IMG/VR virus record: IMGVR_UViG_3300026549_002518
Location: 394 to 64,393 of that record
Source of the DNA: a virus
Taxonomy: Duplodnaviria > Caudoviricetes
DNA: 64,000 nucleotides
Direction: 5' to 3' (one strand)
Position 1 is the stretch's first letter, and the number at the start of each line of letters is the position of its first letter. The position numbers were made by a program, and so were the translations under genes. Shown here one piece after another: positions 52,676-62,812 of the stretch. The notes beneath the pieces are model-generated. The model ran no database searches and was not told the DNA's origin. It worked only from the letters and a program-made list of their open reading frames with translations.

Positions 52676-53141
52676 GACATTTGACCCTTTTGACAAAGAT
52701 GTGCTGGTACTTGTCAACAGCATCATACTACAGCATCCGGTGGCACACCTGCGTCAAGAAGAAGTTTTGCAGACGCTGAGGCTCATACAGCTGCAGTATG
52801 CTTTGAATGACGACCAGCGTACCAGCCACTTTGCCGTGACAATTTATCAGGACGATAAGCGCCTTGCAGACCTGCCGGACGATGACAAATTCCTGGCACT
52901 GTTGCTGGATGCCGATTGCAGGAATGTGTTCCTTACCTCTAAACGATGCCGGTATTGCTTTGGTGGAACGCAGTACTACTGGCGAAAGGTAGCCAAGCGC
53001 TGTGAGCTGATAGAGCTGAAGTCGGCAACAATGGAAGGCGAGTATGGCGGCCGTTACCTTGGCCGTGGCTATGTGATAACACCATATATCAAGCGCTTGC
53101 GCAAATGGATGATAGACAACAATCAAGTATTAACCCTATAA
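52662..53141 (+). CDS. Phage hypothetical protein
   Basis: 159-aa ORF in operon. Confidence 0.55.
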   Translation: MNKIKTFDPFDKDVLVLVNSIILQHPVAHLRQEEVLQTLRLIQLQYALNDDQRTSHFAVTIYQDDKRLADLPDDDKFLALLLDADCRNVFLTSKRCRYCFGGTQYYWRKVAKRCELIELKSATMEGEYGGRYLGRGYVITPYIKRLRKWMIDNNQVLTL

Positions 53142-53152
53142 AAACAACAACT

Positions 53153-53614
53153 ATGAGAAGTAGAACAGCAAACTGGTTTCTTTGCACCATCCGCTATGAG
53201 AAGACTATGGAGGACGGTCTGCAGAAGAAGGTGACAGAAAAGTACGTCGTAGATGCTTTAAGCTTTACCGAAGCTGAGGCACGTATCATTGAGCAGATGT
53301 CAAGCTATATCAGCGGTGAGTTTGAAATCGTTGAGATTGACCGCTGTCCGTTTGGCGAGATTTTCTTTTCTGATGACGAGCTGGCCGACAAGTGGTACAA
53401 AGCAAAGCTGGCCTTTATCACCATCGACGAGAAGACCGAGAAAGAGAAGAAGACCAAAGTTAACTACTTGGTGCAGGGCATGAACCTTGAACAAGCCCGT
53501 AAGAACATCGACGAAGTGATGGGCGGCACCATGATAGACTATGTTATACTGGGTGTCAACGAGACCCCTATCATGGACGTGTTCGAATATATAGCGAAGA
53601 AGTCAGACAAATAA
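53153..53614 (+). CDS. DUF4494-family protein
   Basis: WF.C.IRYEKTMEDGLQKKVTE.YVVDALSFTEAEARI, duplicated half. Confidence 0.8.
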   Translation: MRSRTANWFLCTIRYEKTMEDGLQKKVTEKYVVDALSFTEAEARIIEQMSSYISGEFEIVEIDRCPFGEIFFSDDELADKWYKAKLAFITIDEKTEKEKKTKVNYLVQGMNLEQARKNIDEVMGGTMIDYVILGVNETPIMDVFEYIAKKSDK

Positions 53615-53626
53615 AAACTCACAACT

Positions 53627-54232
53627 ATGGTAATAGGCTCACATAACGCATGGACGTTCCTACGTCCGAGAAAATGGTGGATGCGACTGTTGGCTTTCAC
53701 TGCACGATGCCAGCACTATAACATCTACGAACAACATCTGATATTCCACTCTCGCTGCTTTGATCTGAGGGTACGCTTTGACGGCGACCGGTTTGTCGTA
53801 GCTCATGGCATTATTGAGTATGAGATAACCAAGGACGATATTCTCGACGATTTGCGCTGGTTTAGCGTATTGTCTACCAAGGATGAACCAATCTATATCC
53901 GTGTCATCAACGAGATACGTTCATATAGAAAGTACAATGCTGACGAGGTGGAAAGGTTTGCAGCGTTCTGCAAGGAAATAGAAGAATGCTTCCCAACACT
54001 GGTATTCTTCTGTGGCATGAACCTGCTACCGGAGCCATCGGTAGACTATGATTTTGGCAATACCGTTACCTGTGAAGAGCTGTATGCCAGCGTACGCAAA
54101 CCACGTATCATTGATGACTGGTGGCCTTGGTGGTATGCTCGCTTCCATAACAAGAAGAATATTGCCAAGGGCACCGACCGTGACGTGTTGCTGATAGACT
54201 TTGTAAACATCGGACAAAAAGTTTGGTGGTGA
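53627..54232 (+). CDS. PI-PLC X-domain-like phosphodiesterase
   Basis: GSHN, RCQ..IYEQ, RCFDLRVRF..AHG motifs. Confidence 0.7.
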   Translation: MVIGSHNAWTFLRPRKWWMRLLAFTARCQHYNIYEQHLIFHSRCFDLRVRFDGDRFVVAHGIIEYEITKDDILDDLRWFSVLSTKDEPIYIRVINEIRSYRKYNADEVERFAAFCKEIEECFPTLVFFCGMNLLPEPSVDYDFGNTVTCEELYASVRKPRIIDDWWPWWYARFHNKKNIAKGTDRDVLLIDFVNIGQKVWW

Positions 54233-54320
54233 TAGAGTATGTTGTTTGTATTTAGCATTATCTGTATAGCAATGGTGTTTGCTATCATTGTCTATGCGTT
54301 TGTTGACGGAAGGAACGACT

Positions 54321-54731
54321 ATGAAGAAGGGAATTAAGAAAAAGGTAGTGTTTTCCTATGAAAACTCCAAGCGGCTGATGGATCGTAGCGCTGATGTACA
54401 CAGACGCATCAACGATATAGTTTACAGAGGAATCCGAGAGACCAACGAAAAGGCTATCTCTGACCTAAACAAGATGGTGTATGAGCTTGCAGAGAAGCAG
54501 AAGTGTAGCGTGTGGGACATCTGCTTCAACTGTGTTCCGGACTATGACTATCCGTCTGTGGACTTTGCAGAGCTTAAGGATGCTAAAGACCCATATAGGT
54601 ATACAGCGACAGTTGAGATGAGACTTATACCCCTGGAGCTAAACTTTGAAAAGGGTGGTGGCTACTGGAAAGACAAGTACTACCGGCTGAAAGAGAAACT
54701 ACAAGAGATTATTGACAATAAAAACGATTGA
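54321..54731 (+). CDS. Phage hypothetical protein
   Basis: Likely start MKKGIKKK. Confidence 0.55.
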   Translation: MKKGIKKKVVFSYENSKRLMDRSADVHRRINDIVYRGIRETNEKAISDLNKMVYELAEKQKCSVWDICFNCVPDYDYPSVDFAELKDAKDPYRYTATVEMRLIPLELNFEKGGGYWKDKYYRLKEKLQEIIDNKND

Positions 54732-54733
54732 TT

Positions 54734-55045
54734 ATGGCAAAGAAGAAAACGTTAGACTTTAGTAAGAAGTCATACAAAGAGTGTGACGATACGGAGAAAA
54801 AGAAGATAGAGCTGATTGTAAGGAACGCTGACATGATTTCCACAAGTATAAAGATGGCAGGAATAATGCAACAGTCAGTAAACATCGGACCGGAAGGTAT
54901 CACCACTACAATGGTATATGTCATTGGCGACTTCATTAAGAACTTGGCGTATGCGTTAGAGGCAGACCAGGAGGCTTGCTTTAAAGGCTTAATGTCAGCT
55001 GTACGTGACTATCTGAAAGAAAAGACTAAGACAGAAGGAAGTTGA
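54734..55045 (+). CDS. Phage hypothetical protein
   Basis: ORF in operon. Confidence 0.55.
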   Translation: MAKKKTLDFSKKSYKECDDTEKKKIELIVRNADMISTSIKMAGIMQQSVNIGPEGITTTMVYVIGDFIKNLAYALEADQEACFKGLMSAVRDYLKEKTKTEGS

Positions 55046-55048
55046 GCT

Positions 55049-57482
55049 ATGAAAGCAAACGAAGCACCGGAGAAGATTTATATAACACCAAATATTGATA
55101 GAAAGTGGCAACTTGAAGCTATTGACAATGAAAGCGTTGAATACACCCGCACTGATGCCTTTATTGAGAAAGCTTGTTCTTGGTTAGAAAATAACTTGCA
55201 AGGAATTGTTGGCGGAAGTATTTATATGGAAGATTTTAGAAAATACATGGAGAAAGAGTAATTATGAAACTAATTAACAAAGACGCTTTAGTAGCGGAGA
55301 TAGAGAAAATTAGAGCTAAATGGTTTGGCGTTAACAATGACTTTGCTCATGGGCAAAAAGGAGCATTAACTGATGTTCTTTCTCTTATCAACACCCTTGA
55401 AGTGAAAGAGGTGGACGATGAACCTGAGTGTAGAATTTTCCCAAGACCGATAGAATGTTATTCTACCTGCAAAGAATGCCCTTTTAAAGCACAGAAAGGA
55501 GAAAGGGTATGAGATGTCCTAAACCACCATTTAATTGTTTTTTCTGCTACAATGGGGTATGTTATGCCGAACATTGGTGGCAGTGTGCAGAGGATTTTAG
55601 AAAACCCCATGAAGGTAAGAAAGGAAACAAGAATAACAGATATTGTAAGAAAGGAAAATAGTATGACAGACAAAGAGAAAATAAGAGCCGAGATTGAAAG
55701 GCAGCTTAACAAATGGATGTTAAGCTCTACGGTGGAAGGATACTATAAATGCAAGTTGTGTCACGAACTTCTTTCCTTCGTCGACTCCATGCAAGAAGAG
55801 CCTAAAGATAAGTGCAAAGGCTGTAATAATGTCAAAGGTTGTATCACATGTATAGATGGCTCAGAATGGGCACATTATGAGTATACAGACGAAAATAAAA
55901 GTATCACACAAGCAGACAGTTATGTGAAAGCGCATAAAGATATATGTGATAGAAAAGAGCCTGTTAGTGACATAGACTTTGAGCAAGAACTATACAAAGC
56001 CTTTGGTCAAGTAAAGGACTTTACGCTTTGTTTGAAGATTGCCAAGTGGTTTTATAATATGGGTAGAAATCATCAAGAACCTGTGAGCGAGGAGTTGGAA
56101 GAAGCCGCAAAGAAAGCAGCCACTCAAACTATTGGCGGTGTAGAAAAGTTCTTTTGGAATGATTATCACAAGTTCAAGGCTGGTGCTAAGTGGCAGAAGA
56201 ATCATCTTTGGAGGCCTGCCGATGGAGATGACTTGCCAGAAATAGACAGAGAGGTTATAGCCATTCTTGACTACGACTTTGGGCATTATAAGGTGGTTTA
56301 TGCACATAGACCTAATCCTGATGGGTGGAACGGTACAAATATAGATACAGGAGAAAAGGAGCATTTTGAGCCAGTAATCTATGACAAGGGAGGTTGGAAT
56401 CAGCCACATGTTCTCTATTGGCTTGACACAAAATTACCATACGAAGAAAATAAAATTATCAAATAAGAATAGTTATGAGAGCAAAGTTTAGGTTAGATTT
56501 AAAAAGATGGTCGCTGATACCTACGATTGGTGTTAGAACAAGACACGACTATATTGTCATATCGTGGTTGTGCGCAAGTTTGTGGCTTGACAAGACCACT
56601 ATGTCGCATTGGTGGTCAAGTAGATATGTGAGTGTGGGTATAAGTCATGTTCCAATTCAAATGTCGTTACCAGACTTAGAGATTAGTTATCGCCAAAAAG
56701 AATTAGGTATACGAGCCTCAATTCTTGGTTTCAATCTATTTGTAAACATATTCTTTTCCCAAGAGGAGGATATGCCATTTTAATTAGTAGAACTATGAGC
56801 AAGGCAGAAAAATTTATTATTGATTCCACAAAGAATTATAGTAATGAGAAGCGTATTACCGTTGGCAAAATCAGCCACTGGGAAAAACAACATTGGCTAA
56901 CTCCAGATGATGCAAGAAAGGCTGTGGAGATTGCAAGGGAAGAAACGTTACTTGAGGTTGCTGCGTGGATAAATGATACTTTCATTTTCAGCAAGCAAGC
57001 AAAAGAGGATTTTAGTCAAACGTTTAATATAAAACTATTATGAGTAAGGCAGAAGGTAGGGCGATAGAGAAATATCCTAAAGAAACAAGGGATATTGGCG
57101 GAATTGTCATTGATTTTGGGTATCCGCAATATATGCGTGACTTATATATCGAAGGCTACCACCAAGCAGAGGAAGACTTGGAACTGGGTTGGGAAGACTT
57201 AAAAATGCTTGATGATATATCTGACAATGTTTATGCTGAGTGCGATGTGGAAATGTTTGACGAGAAAGAATTTTATCAAGAAGTATTAAAACGATTTAAG
57301 AAAATGAAGGAGGGCTGATTATGGCAAAAGTATTACAATGTCCTTGGTTCGCTTCTAACGGTTTCTCGAAGTGGTGCATGAACGGCCATTTCCCGTGCAA
57401 CTGCGAGACGTGCAACTGCGAGGACAAGAAGTACGTGGAGATTTACACAACGACATCAACGACTTGTATTAAGCAGGGCTGA
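55049..57482 (+). other. Low-GC cluster of small hypothetical ORFs (55049, 55264, 55509, 55663, 56475, 56795, 57040, 57321)
   Basis: Tightly packed short ORFs with recurring motifs (AEIEK/AEIER, ELEEAA..FKAGAKWQ, MSKAE). Confidence 0.6.
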
Positions 57483-57485
57483 CGA

Positions 57486-57797
57486 ATGGAAGCAAGAAAT
57501 AAACAAACGGGCGAACTCTGCGAAGTATATTGGCAGATGTGCGACATAGGCAGAATGTGCCAGGCATCAGACGAACCAATAGAGGTTGCACCATGCATCA
57601 TGTACAATGCTGTTGTAGACGACTACGAATTTCTGGTTAATGGAGAGTGGATAGAAGGACTGGAGTATATCAAAGCACCTTATAGATATGACAAAAAGAG
57701 CACGACTACGCAAAAAGTTGCAAAGGCACATAAGACGGGAATTAGAGCGCGATTTCTCAGATTTCTTGGTTTATGGCATGGTAGCAAAAATGATTGA
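57486..57797 (+). CDS. Phage hypothetical protein
   Basis: 103-aa ORF. Confidence 0.5.
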   Translation: MEARNKQTGELCEVYWQMCDIGRMCQASDEPIEVAPCIMYNAVVDDYEFLVNGEWIEGLEYIKAPYRYDKKSTTTQKVAKAHKTGIRARFLRFLGLWHGSKND

Positions 57798-57845
57798 CAA
57801 GCACGGAAATATAAATACTTTAATCCCAAAGATAGAAGATTAACT

Positions 57846-58472
57846 ATGAACGTAGGCAAAACAGTATATCTTAACTGGTACGACTTCAACAAAAAGACGG
57901 AATACGTTTGCAAGGGAGAGGTCGTTGATAACAGCCTGTGGGCAGACAGCAAGTACAAAGACCAAGTGTTGGTACGATTTCGGCCGCCATCACTGCCTGC
58001 AGCAATCTGCCATCACTTCCCCGTAGAGAAGCTTTCCGTAGACTCCGGACACGTACCACACGACGACTGTTACCTGGTATGTGGAAATAGGCGCACTATA
58101 GATGAGGCCAAACCGCAGATGTGCAGCGCCAGCGAGCGTCTGATACGCTTCAAACAAGAGCACTGGGACGCAGAGCATAACCACCTGCAGACAGAATACC
58201 TTGACGAGTTCTGCGAGCTTTGGAGAGAAGTGTGTACTTTGCGTATGGGTATGAAAGCTACAAAGCCGGTAACAAATACAGTGCAGATGGAATATCCGAC
58301 AACACCAGCTGAGGCCGCCACCTCTCCTAAACGTATTGTCAGTGACGAGAAGATGGAACAACTGAAAGGAGAGCTTAAAGAACTGTTTAAAGAGCCTACA
58401 TCAAAAGAAAAGCGTTCCACAGGACGCATACAATACAAGGACACTATACAAACATCAATATTTGATTTATGA
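57846..58472 (+). CDS. Phage hypothetical protein
   Basis: 208-aa ORF. Confidence 0.55.
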   Translation: MNVGKTVYLNWYDFNKKTEYVCKGEVVDNSLWADSKYKDQVLVRFRPPSLPAAICHHFPVEKLSVDSGHVPHDDCYLVCGNRRTIDEAKPQMCSASERLIRFKQEHWDAEHNHLQTEYLDEFCELWREVCTLRMGMKATKPVTNTVQMEYPTTPAEAATSPKRIVSDEKMEQLKGELKELFKEPTSKEKRSTGRIQYKDTIQTSIFDL

Positions 58473-58948
58473 TACAGAGAAAAATTAAATTCAAGGTTGG
58501 TGACGTGATACGTCGCAGACCACTGGCGCAGTATAACTATGAGCGCCCTATTATGAAAATCGTAAAGATTACACAAGATCTGTACATCTTTGAGACCGAC
58601 GGCAACATTAAGCCGGCCTTGGAGATTGCAGCGCAGAACGAATGGGAACTGTACGACGGCCGCAACAAGTGGCAGAAAGCATGGGAAAAGGTTATATCGC
58701 TCTTTCAAAAGCTCTTTCGTTATCATCAGCCCAAAAAGGTAGACTTAAAGCATATTGGTCGTCAGAAGAAACGTCCAGGGCTGACAATGTACATGTACAA
58801 CAAGAAGACCGGAGAGATAAGTGTGGCACCAGTACAGAACAAGATGCTGGTAGTAGACCCAGACTGTGTATACCGGCAGACCCTTAACAAGAAAAGCTTT
58901 GTAAAAAGACTGATAAAAGAAGGAATCATCAAAAAGAATGAACAATGA
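58469..58948 (+). CDS. Phage hypothetical protein
   Basis: 159-aa ORF, ATGA-coupled. Confidence 0.55.
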   Translation: MIQRKIKFKVGDVIRRRPLAQYNYERPIMKIVKITQDLYIFETDGNIKPALEIAAQNEWELYDGRNKWQKAWEKVISLFQKLFRYHQPKKVDLKHIGRQKKRPGLTMYMYNKKTGEISVAPVQNKMLVVDPDCVYRQTLNKKSFVKRLIKEGIIKKNEQ

Positions 58949-59310
58949 AAAAGGAACGAGTTTACCTTAGTGGTCCCATCAGTGGCCATGATTTGGAAGA
59001 GCGCCGTCGTGCGTTTAAAGAAATCCAAGAAAGACTGGAGAAGTTAGGACTGGAAGTGTTTAATCCGCTGGAGAATGGTTTGCCACCGGAGTCTACCACC
59101 CATCAGCACATGCACAGGGACATTGCCACACTATCCAACGAAGAGCACCCCTTTGATATTATATACATGATGCGTAACTGGCTGCACTCTGCTGGTTGTA
59201 AGCTGGAGTTTGACGTAGCGACGGCAATAGGTATGGATGTGCATTTCGAAGAGTCCGGCACGACGTTCTATAACGCTGACAGGCACAAACCCAAAGGCAG
59301 CACCACATAA
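58945..59310 (+). CDS. DUF4406 / nucleoside 2-deoxyribosyltransferase-like protein
   Basis: VYLSGPISG, FNP, W..SAGCKLEF motifs. Confidence 0.8.
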   Translation: MKKERVYLSGPISGHDLEERRRAFKEIQERLEKLGLEVFNPLENGLPPESTTHQHMHRDIATLSNEEHPFDIIYMMRNWLHSAGCKLEFDVATAIGMDVHFEESGTTFYNADRHKPKGSTT

Positions 59311-59313
59311 AAA

Positions 59314-59343
59314 CCTTTGCCGTCCATCACGGATAGGCAAAGG
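59314..59343 (+). terminator. Hairpin ending the early operon
   Basis: cctttgccgtcc-atcac-ggataggcaaagg. Confidence 0.55.
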
Positions 59344-59460
59344 AGAGTTAAAAACCTAATAAAACTATAAATATTACTACTAACCTAAAACAACTATTTA
59401 GGAATGTTCTTCCGCTGAAGAACGGATCCAACCTAAAACATAATACAATATTTATGAAAA

Positions 59461-59964
59461 CTACTTGTCTCTTCTTCTAAGCCAGCGTACCAGCTGCAGC
59501 ACCAACAGGATAATGGCAACGACAGTACCACCAAAAGCTACAGCACCATAGTCCATCTTGAACTGTTCCCATTTGTTTAGCTGGCGCTCAACAGGGTATG
59601 GAACTTGTATGCTGTCTACGCGCACACTGTCTTTGTCGTGGCTTTCGTAGGTAGTGCTGATAGCTTTTTGTAACTCATGCTGTGTGAGTATCAACAGTCG
59701 CTCGTTTTCCTGCAGCTTAAGACCAAGCTTTGCAATCGTTAGCGAGTCTTCCGGACGAGCCTCACGTAGTGTAATCTCCTTGACTGTCTCTACACTGTCA
59801 TGCTGTATGAAACTGTCCGTTTGGTGGACAATTTCTGTGTGCACCGTCTCGATGGGTACATACTTAGTAGTAGTGCAGCTACAGAAAGCAAGGCATGCTA
59901 TCAGTATAAACATCACAACCGTGTAGATACATATAAACCTGTAGTGGTCGTCTTTGCACTCCAT
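59461..59964 (-). CDS. Putative unimolecular spanin (N-terminal lipobox, C-terminal TM)
   Basis: CLAFCSC lipoprotein signal; C-terminal hydrophobic helix; follows endolysin. Confidence 0.65.
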   Translation of the reverse strand: MECKDDHYRFICIYTVVMFILIACLAFCSCTTTKYVPIETVHTEIVHQTDSFIQHDSVETVKEITLREARPEDSLTIAKLGLKLQENERLLILTQHELQKAISTTYESHDKDSVRVDSIQVPYPVERQLNKWEQFKMDYGAVAFGGTVVAIILLVLQLVRWLRRRDK

Positions 59965-59967
59965 ATA

Positions 59968-60402
59968 TTAATAATGTATATTAATGGTTACTTGTTCCTT
60001 CTTAGCTATAGCACCCTCAATCATGTCTATCACCTTATTGGTCCAGTACCGGCTGTTGGTAACAGTTCCAACGGCTGTATTACGGCCACAGAGGATGCAG
60101 CCCTCAGTGTCCTTCGCTTTGTTACCGGAATGGATGCGTATACCGTCGTAGCCAGGTACGTTCATTACCAATGGCAGCTTCTTCTTGAAACGTGGTGAAT
60201 AAGTGAGTGTCACTTGATACCTTCCGGTAGGGATGGCTGTCTCAGCATATATCTTACGTTTGGCTATCTCTTCCTTGCTCATTGAAGACGCAAGGCCCCT
60301 GTCTTCATCTTCCAACGCCTCACAGATACGTTGACCATTAATAGACAACACACTGATGGTGTAGCCATTCTTTCGCCATTTTCTGTGCAAATCTATTTCC
60401 AT
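59968..60402 (-). CDS. Putative endolysin (DUF5675 family)
   Basis: ETAIPTGRY, YSPRF, GIRIHSGN..DTEGCILCG. Confidence 0.75.
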   Translation of the reverse strand: MEIDLHRKWRKNGYTISVLSINGQRICEALEDEDRGLASSMSKEEIAKRKIYAETAIPTGRYQVTLTYSPRFKKKLPLVMNVPGYDGIRIHSGNKAKDTEGCILCGRNTAVGTVTNSRYWTNKVIDMIEGAIAKKEQVTINIHY

Positions 60403-60480
60403 ACCAAACATCTTATTTAAAATCCTATACTAAAGCCCACAACTGTCAGCACGAAATCTATCAAATAATTTTCTTCATAG

Positions 60481-60978
60481 TCAGTTGTCATCTTTGTCGA
60501 GGATGGTACGCCCGTTACTCTTTCCCTTCTCTTCTTGATACTTCTTTACCCAAGGAAGCTTTTCCACGAATTGTACCGTAAGCAGGTACAACAGCACGTC
60601 AACAAACTTGTACATCGGTGTTCCTGGAACCAGTATGCTTCGCCAGTTCTTTAGAATATTACAGCCGAACACCCATACAGCAATAAAACAAGCATACTTG
60701 ACACATACGGCAGCTTCTTCCGTTTGGTGTAGGAAATGGCCTACAGCAAACATACTGGCAAAGCAGAAGAACAGACCGCCACAGAAAACAAAGAACATGC
60801 CAGCTTTCTTCCATGACCACGGCTCTTTATTGGCCACAGCTGAGGCGATACCAAACACAAGGTTAACTGTCAGGAGTATTACCATAGCAAACATGAAGTC
60901 AAGGATGGGCGAGAACATGCTTGCCAACAGCCCGAATATTGTAATGACGAGCGTTTTTAATTCCGTGAGATTGTTCAT
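60481..60978 (-). CDS. Holin
   Basis: Likely start MNNLTELK; several TM helices; first gene of lysis cassette. Confidence 0.7.
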   Translation of the reverse strand: MNNLTELKTLVITIFGLLASMFSPILDFMFAMVILLTVNLVFGIASAVANKEPWSWKKAGMFFVFCGGLFFCFASMFAVGHFLHQTEEAAVCVKYACFIAVWVFGCNILKNWRSILVPGTPMYKFVDVLLYLLTVQFVEKLPWVKKYQEEKGKSNGRTILDKDDN

Positions 60979-61004
60979 CTTCTTTCTCTTTAGTTCTTTT
61001 GATG

Positions 61005-61048
61005 CAAAGATACTGGAATTGCAAACACGGTTGTTCATAAAATTTCCT
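61005..61048 (-). promoter_or_regulatory. Lysis-operon promoter with late box
   Basis: TATCTTTG (61005-61012, minus) with TTCATAAAATTTCCT at 61034-61048, 21-bp spacing as at 33.8-33.9 kb. Confidence 0.65.
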
Positions 61049-61231
61049 ACAGGCCAGCCGTCCGATGACGACCGTCACAATATTAGCGTTTTTTAACACG
61101 AATATAAAAGGGAATGTTATACCTTTGCAGCGTTAAACATATACAAGAATGAATGAAGTTTATTCCTGCCGTGAGGCAGGGGGTTAGCAAAAGTTTTTGG
61201 AGCAGGGTGTTTGCCCTGCTTTTTTATTGTT

Positions 61232-61252
61232 TGCGCTACAAGTGCGCTACAA
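61232..61252. repeat. Tandem TGCGCTACAA x2, candidate integrase arm-type sites at att junction
   Basis: Two 10-mers at 11-bp period ~70 bp from tRNA 3' end. Confidence 0.4.
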
Positions 61253-61277
61253 ATTAAAAAATGTGGCAAAAAGAAAT

Positions 61278-61312
61278 CTCCCAAAACCCTTTGTTTATCG
61301 AGGTTTTGGGAG
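61278..61312 (-). terminator. Hairpin downstream of tRNA-Cys
   Basis: 11-bp IR ctcccaaaacc / ggttttgggag. Confidence 0.55.
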
Positions 61313-61321
61313 TTAAGATTG

Positions 61322-61393
61322 AGGTGCCTGGCGGATTCGAACCGCCGTAGACGGTTTTGCAGACCGTTGACTAAGCCACTCATCCAAGGCACC
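61322..61393 (-). tRNA. tRNA-Cys (GCA)
   Basis: GGTGCCT/AGGCACC acceptor stem, CTGCAAA anticodon loop, GGTTCGAATCC T-arm, U73 discriminator; TACCTTTG promoter element at 61438-61445. Confidence 0.95.
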
Positions 61394-61615
61394 GTAGTTT
61401 CAACCGTAGGTTAAGCCACCGTTCTCTTAAGCGGTTGCAAAGGTAACACTATTTTTTGGATTCACAAAATTTTTGGCAGTTTTTTTTCATCTCACAGCCG
61501 CAACAGGGGTCTTTTCTGCGTATAGCGCGTGCTAAAGCCCATGCTGCATAGGCGATGGCTGCCGCTAATATCACGATGACTACGTAGATTTGCATACCGC
61601 TTGCTGCTCCCTCTG

Positions 61616-62650
61616 TTAATTCCTCAGCTTGCGCAACAGCACCTTGTTGATGGCCTGAATGCGTCGTCCGCTCTTGCTGATGTCCTCACGTACATTATTG
61701 ATATTATTAAAGAAGTCGCTGAAGGCATTCAGCACCTGGTTGGGTTGTCCGCTATCTTCGGTAGCATCGGGATTGGTGACGATGTTGATGCCCAGATGCT
61801 CGATGTGCACGTCGATATCCGTTCCCGTCATGATGGGGTCGCCGTCATAGTGGATGGCCCCGGGGTGGTGGCGGTGTATGTGCAGGCTCTTCGTACGGAA
61901 GGTCTTGATCTTTGAGTTGTTGCCCAGCGTCTTCATAAACAGGTCGGCGGCTATCTGTGGTGCTTCCAGGGCGTCGAAGGGCTCCATGATGATGACGTCC
62001 ATCATGCCGTCGCGCATGGTGGCTCCTGGCGCGATGTAGGCGTTGTTGCCGTACTGCGACGCGTTGGCACAGGCTATGAGGAACGCCTTATGATGGTGAA
62101 TGCCGCTGTCGTCGACAATCTCGTAGGTCTCCGGGCGATACTTCAGTCCTTCCTTCAGCACGTTTTCCACGTAGGTCACCGGCCCACGCTTGCCAGCCTC
62201 GGCAAACTTCAGCGAGATAAACGCGTCGAAGCCAATGCCGCAGGTGCAGAAGAACGGCAGGTCGTTGATGACGCCGTAGTCGAACGGTTCTATCTGGCAG
62301 TGGTTGATGATCTGCAGCGCCTTGGCCGTGTCCATCGGCAGACACAGATGGCGCGCCAGTCCGTTGCCCGAACCGCAGGGAATGACGCCCAGCGCCGTTT
62401 GCGTGTGGGTCAGCGAGCGTGCCACTTCATTGACGGTACCGTCGCCACCCACGGCCACCACTATGTCGCGCCCCTCGGCAGCACATTGGCGGGTCAGCTC
62501 TGCTGCGTGTCCCCGATATTCCGTCAGGCGTACGTCGTAGTCAAAGCGGGTCTTGTCCAGCAACTCGTCGATAAGACTGGGTATATGGTCTTTGTTTTGA
62601 GTGCCAGAGATGGGATTTATGATGAAAGTAATGCTCTTTTTCGTATCCAT
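61616..62650 (-). CDS. YegS/DAGK-family lipid kinase (diacylglycerol/sphingoid base kinase-like), host gene
   Basis: FIINPISG, VGGDGTVNE, IPCGSGNGLA, ANASQYG; TACATTTG promoter element at 62659-62666. Confidence 0.9.
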   Translation of the reverse strand: MDTKKSITFIINPISGTQNKDHIPSLIDELLDKTRFDYDVRLTEYRGHAAELTRQCAAEGRDIVVAVGGDGTVNEVARSLTHTQTALGVIPCGSGNGLARHLCLPMDTAKALQIINHCQIEPFDYGVINDLPFFCTCGIGFDAFISLKFAEAGKRGPVTYVENVLKEGLKYRPETYEIVDDSGIHHHKAFLIACANASQYGNNAYIAPGATMRDGMMDVIIMEPFDALEAPQIAADLFMKTLGNNSKIKTFRTKSLHIHRHHPGAIHYDGDPIMTGTDIDVHIEHLGINIVTNPDATEDSGQPNQVLNAFSDFFNNINNVREDISKSGRRIQAINKVLLRKLRN

Positions 62651-62812
62651 TTCGTCTGCAAATGTACGAATTATACTCGAAAAACGGGCTTGAAAGCAAA
62701 TAAATTTCTAAAAAAGAAAGAAATATCTGACTTTTTATGCACGGTTTCCATAAAAATGTGTAACTTTGCAGTCTGAAATCAATTTCGTAGCTCTGCTACA
62801 CCTATATAATTT

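Larger units (their letters stand above)
1..61321. mobile_element. Temperate Bacteroidales prophage (podovirus-like head/tail genes), right part; left end lies outside the window
   Basis: Terminase, portal, capsid, tail, repressor/Cro switch, replication initiator and holin-endolysin-spanin genes; ends at the 3' end of tRNA-Cys, after which host lipid genes begin. Confidence 0.92.

Noticed and set aside
59345-59460. aacctaaaac-type short repeats between early operon and spanin
   Set aside because: AT-rich low-information repeats; no consistent spacing or structure to support a function.
1324-61000. Stop-codon recoding as in some crAss-like phages
   Set aside because: Long genes, including a 7,234-codon ORF, are intact under the standard code.
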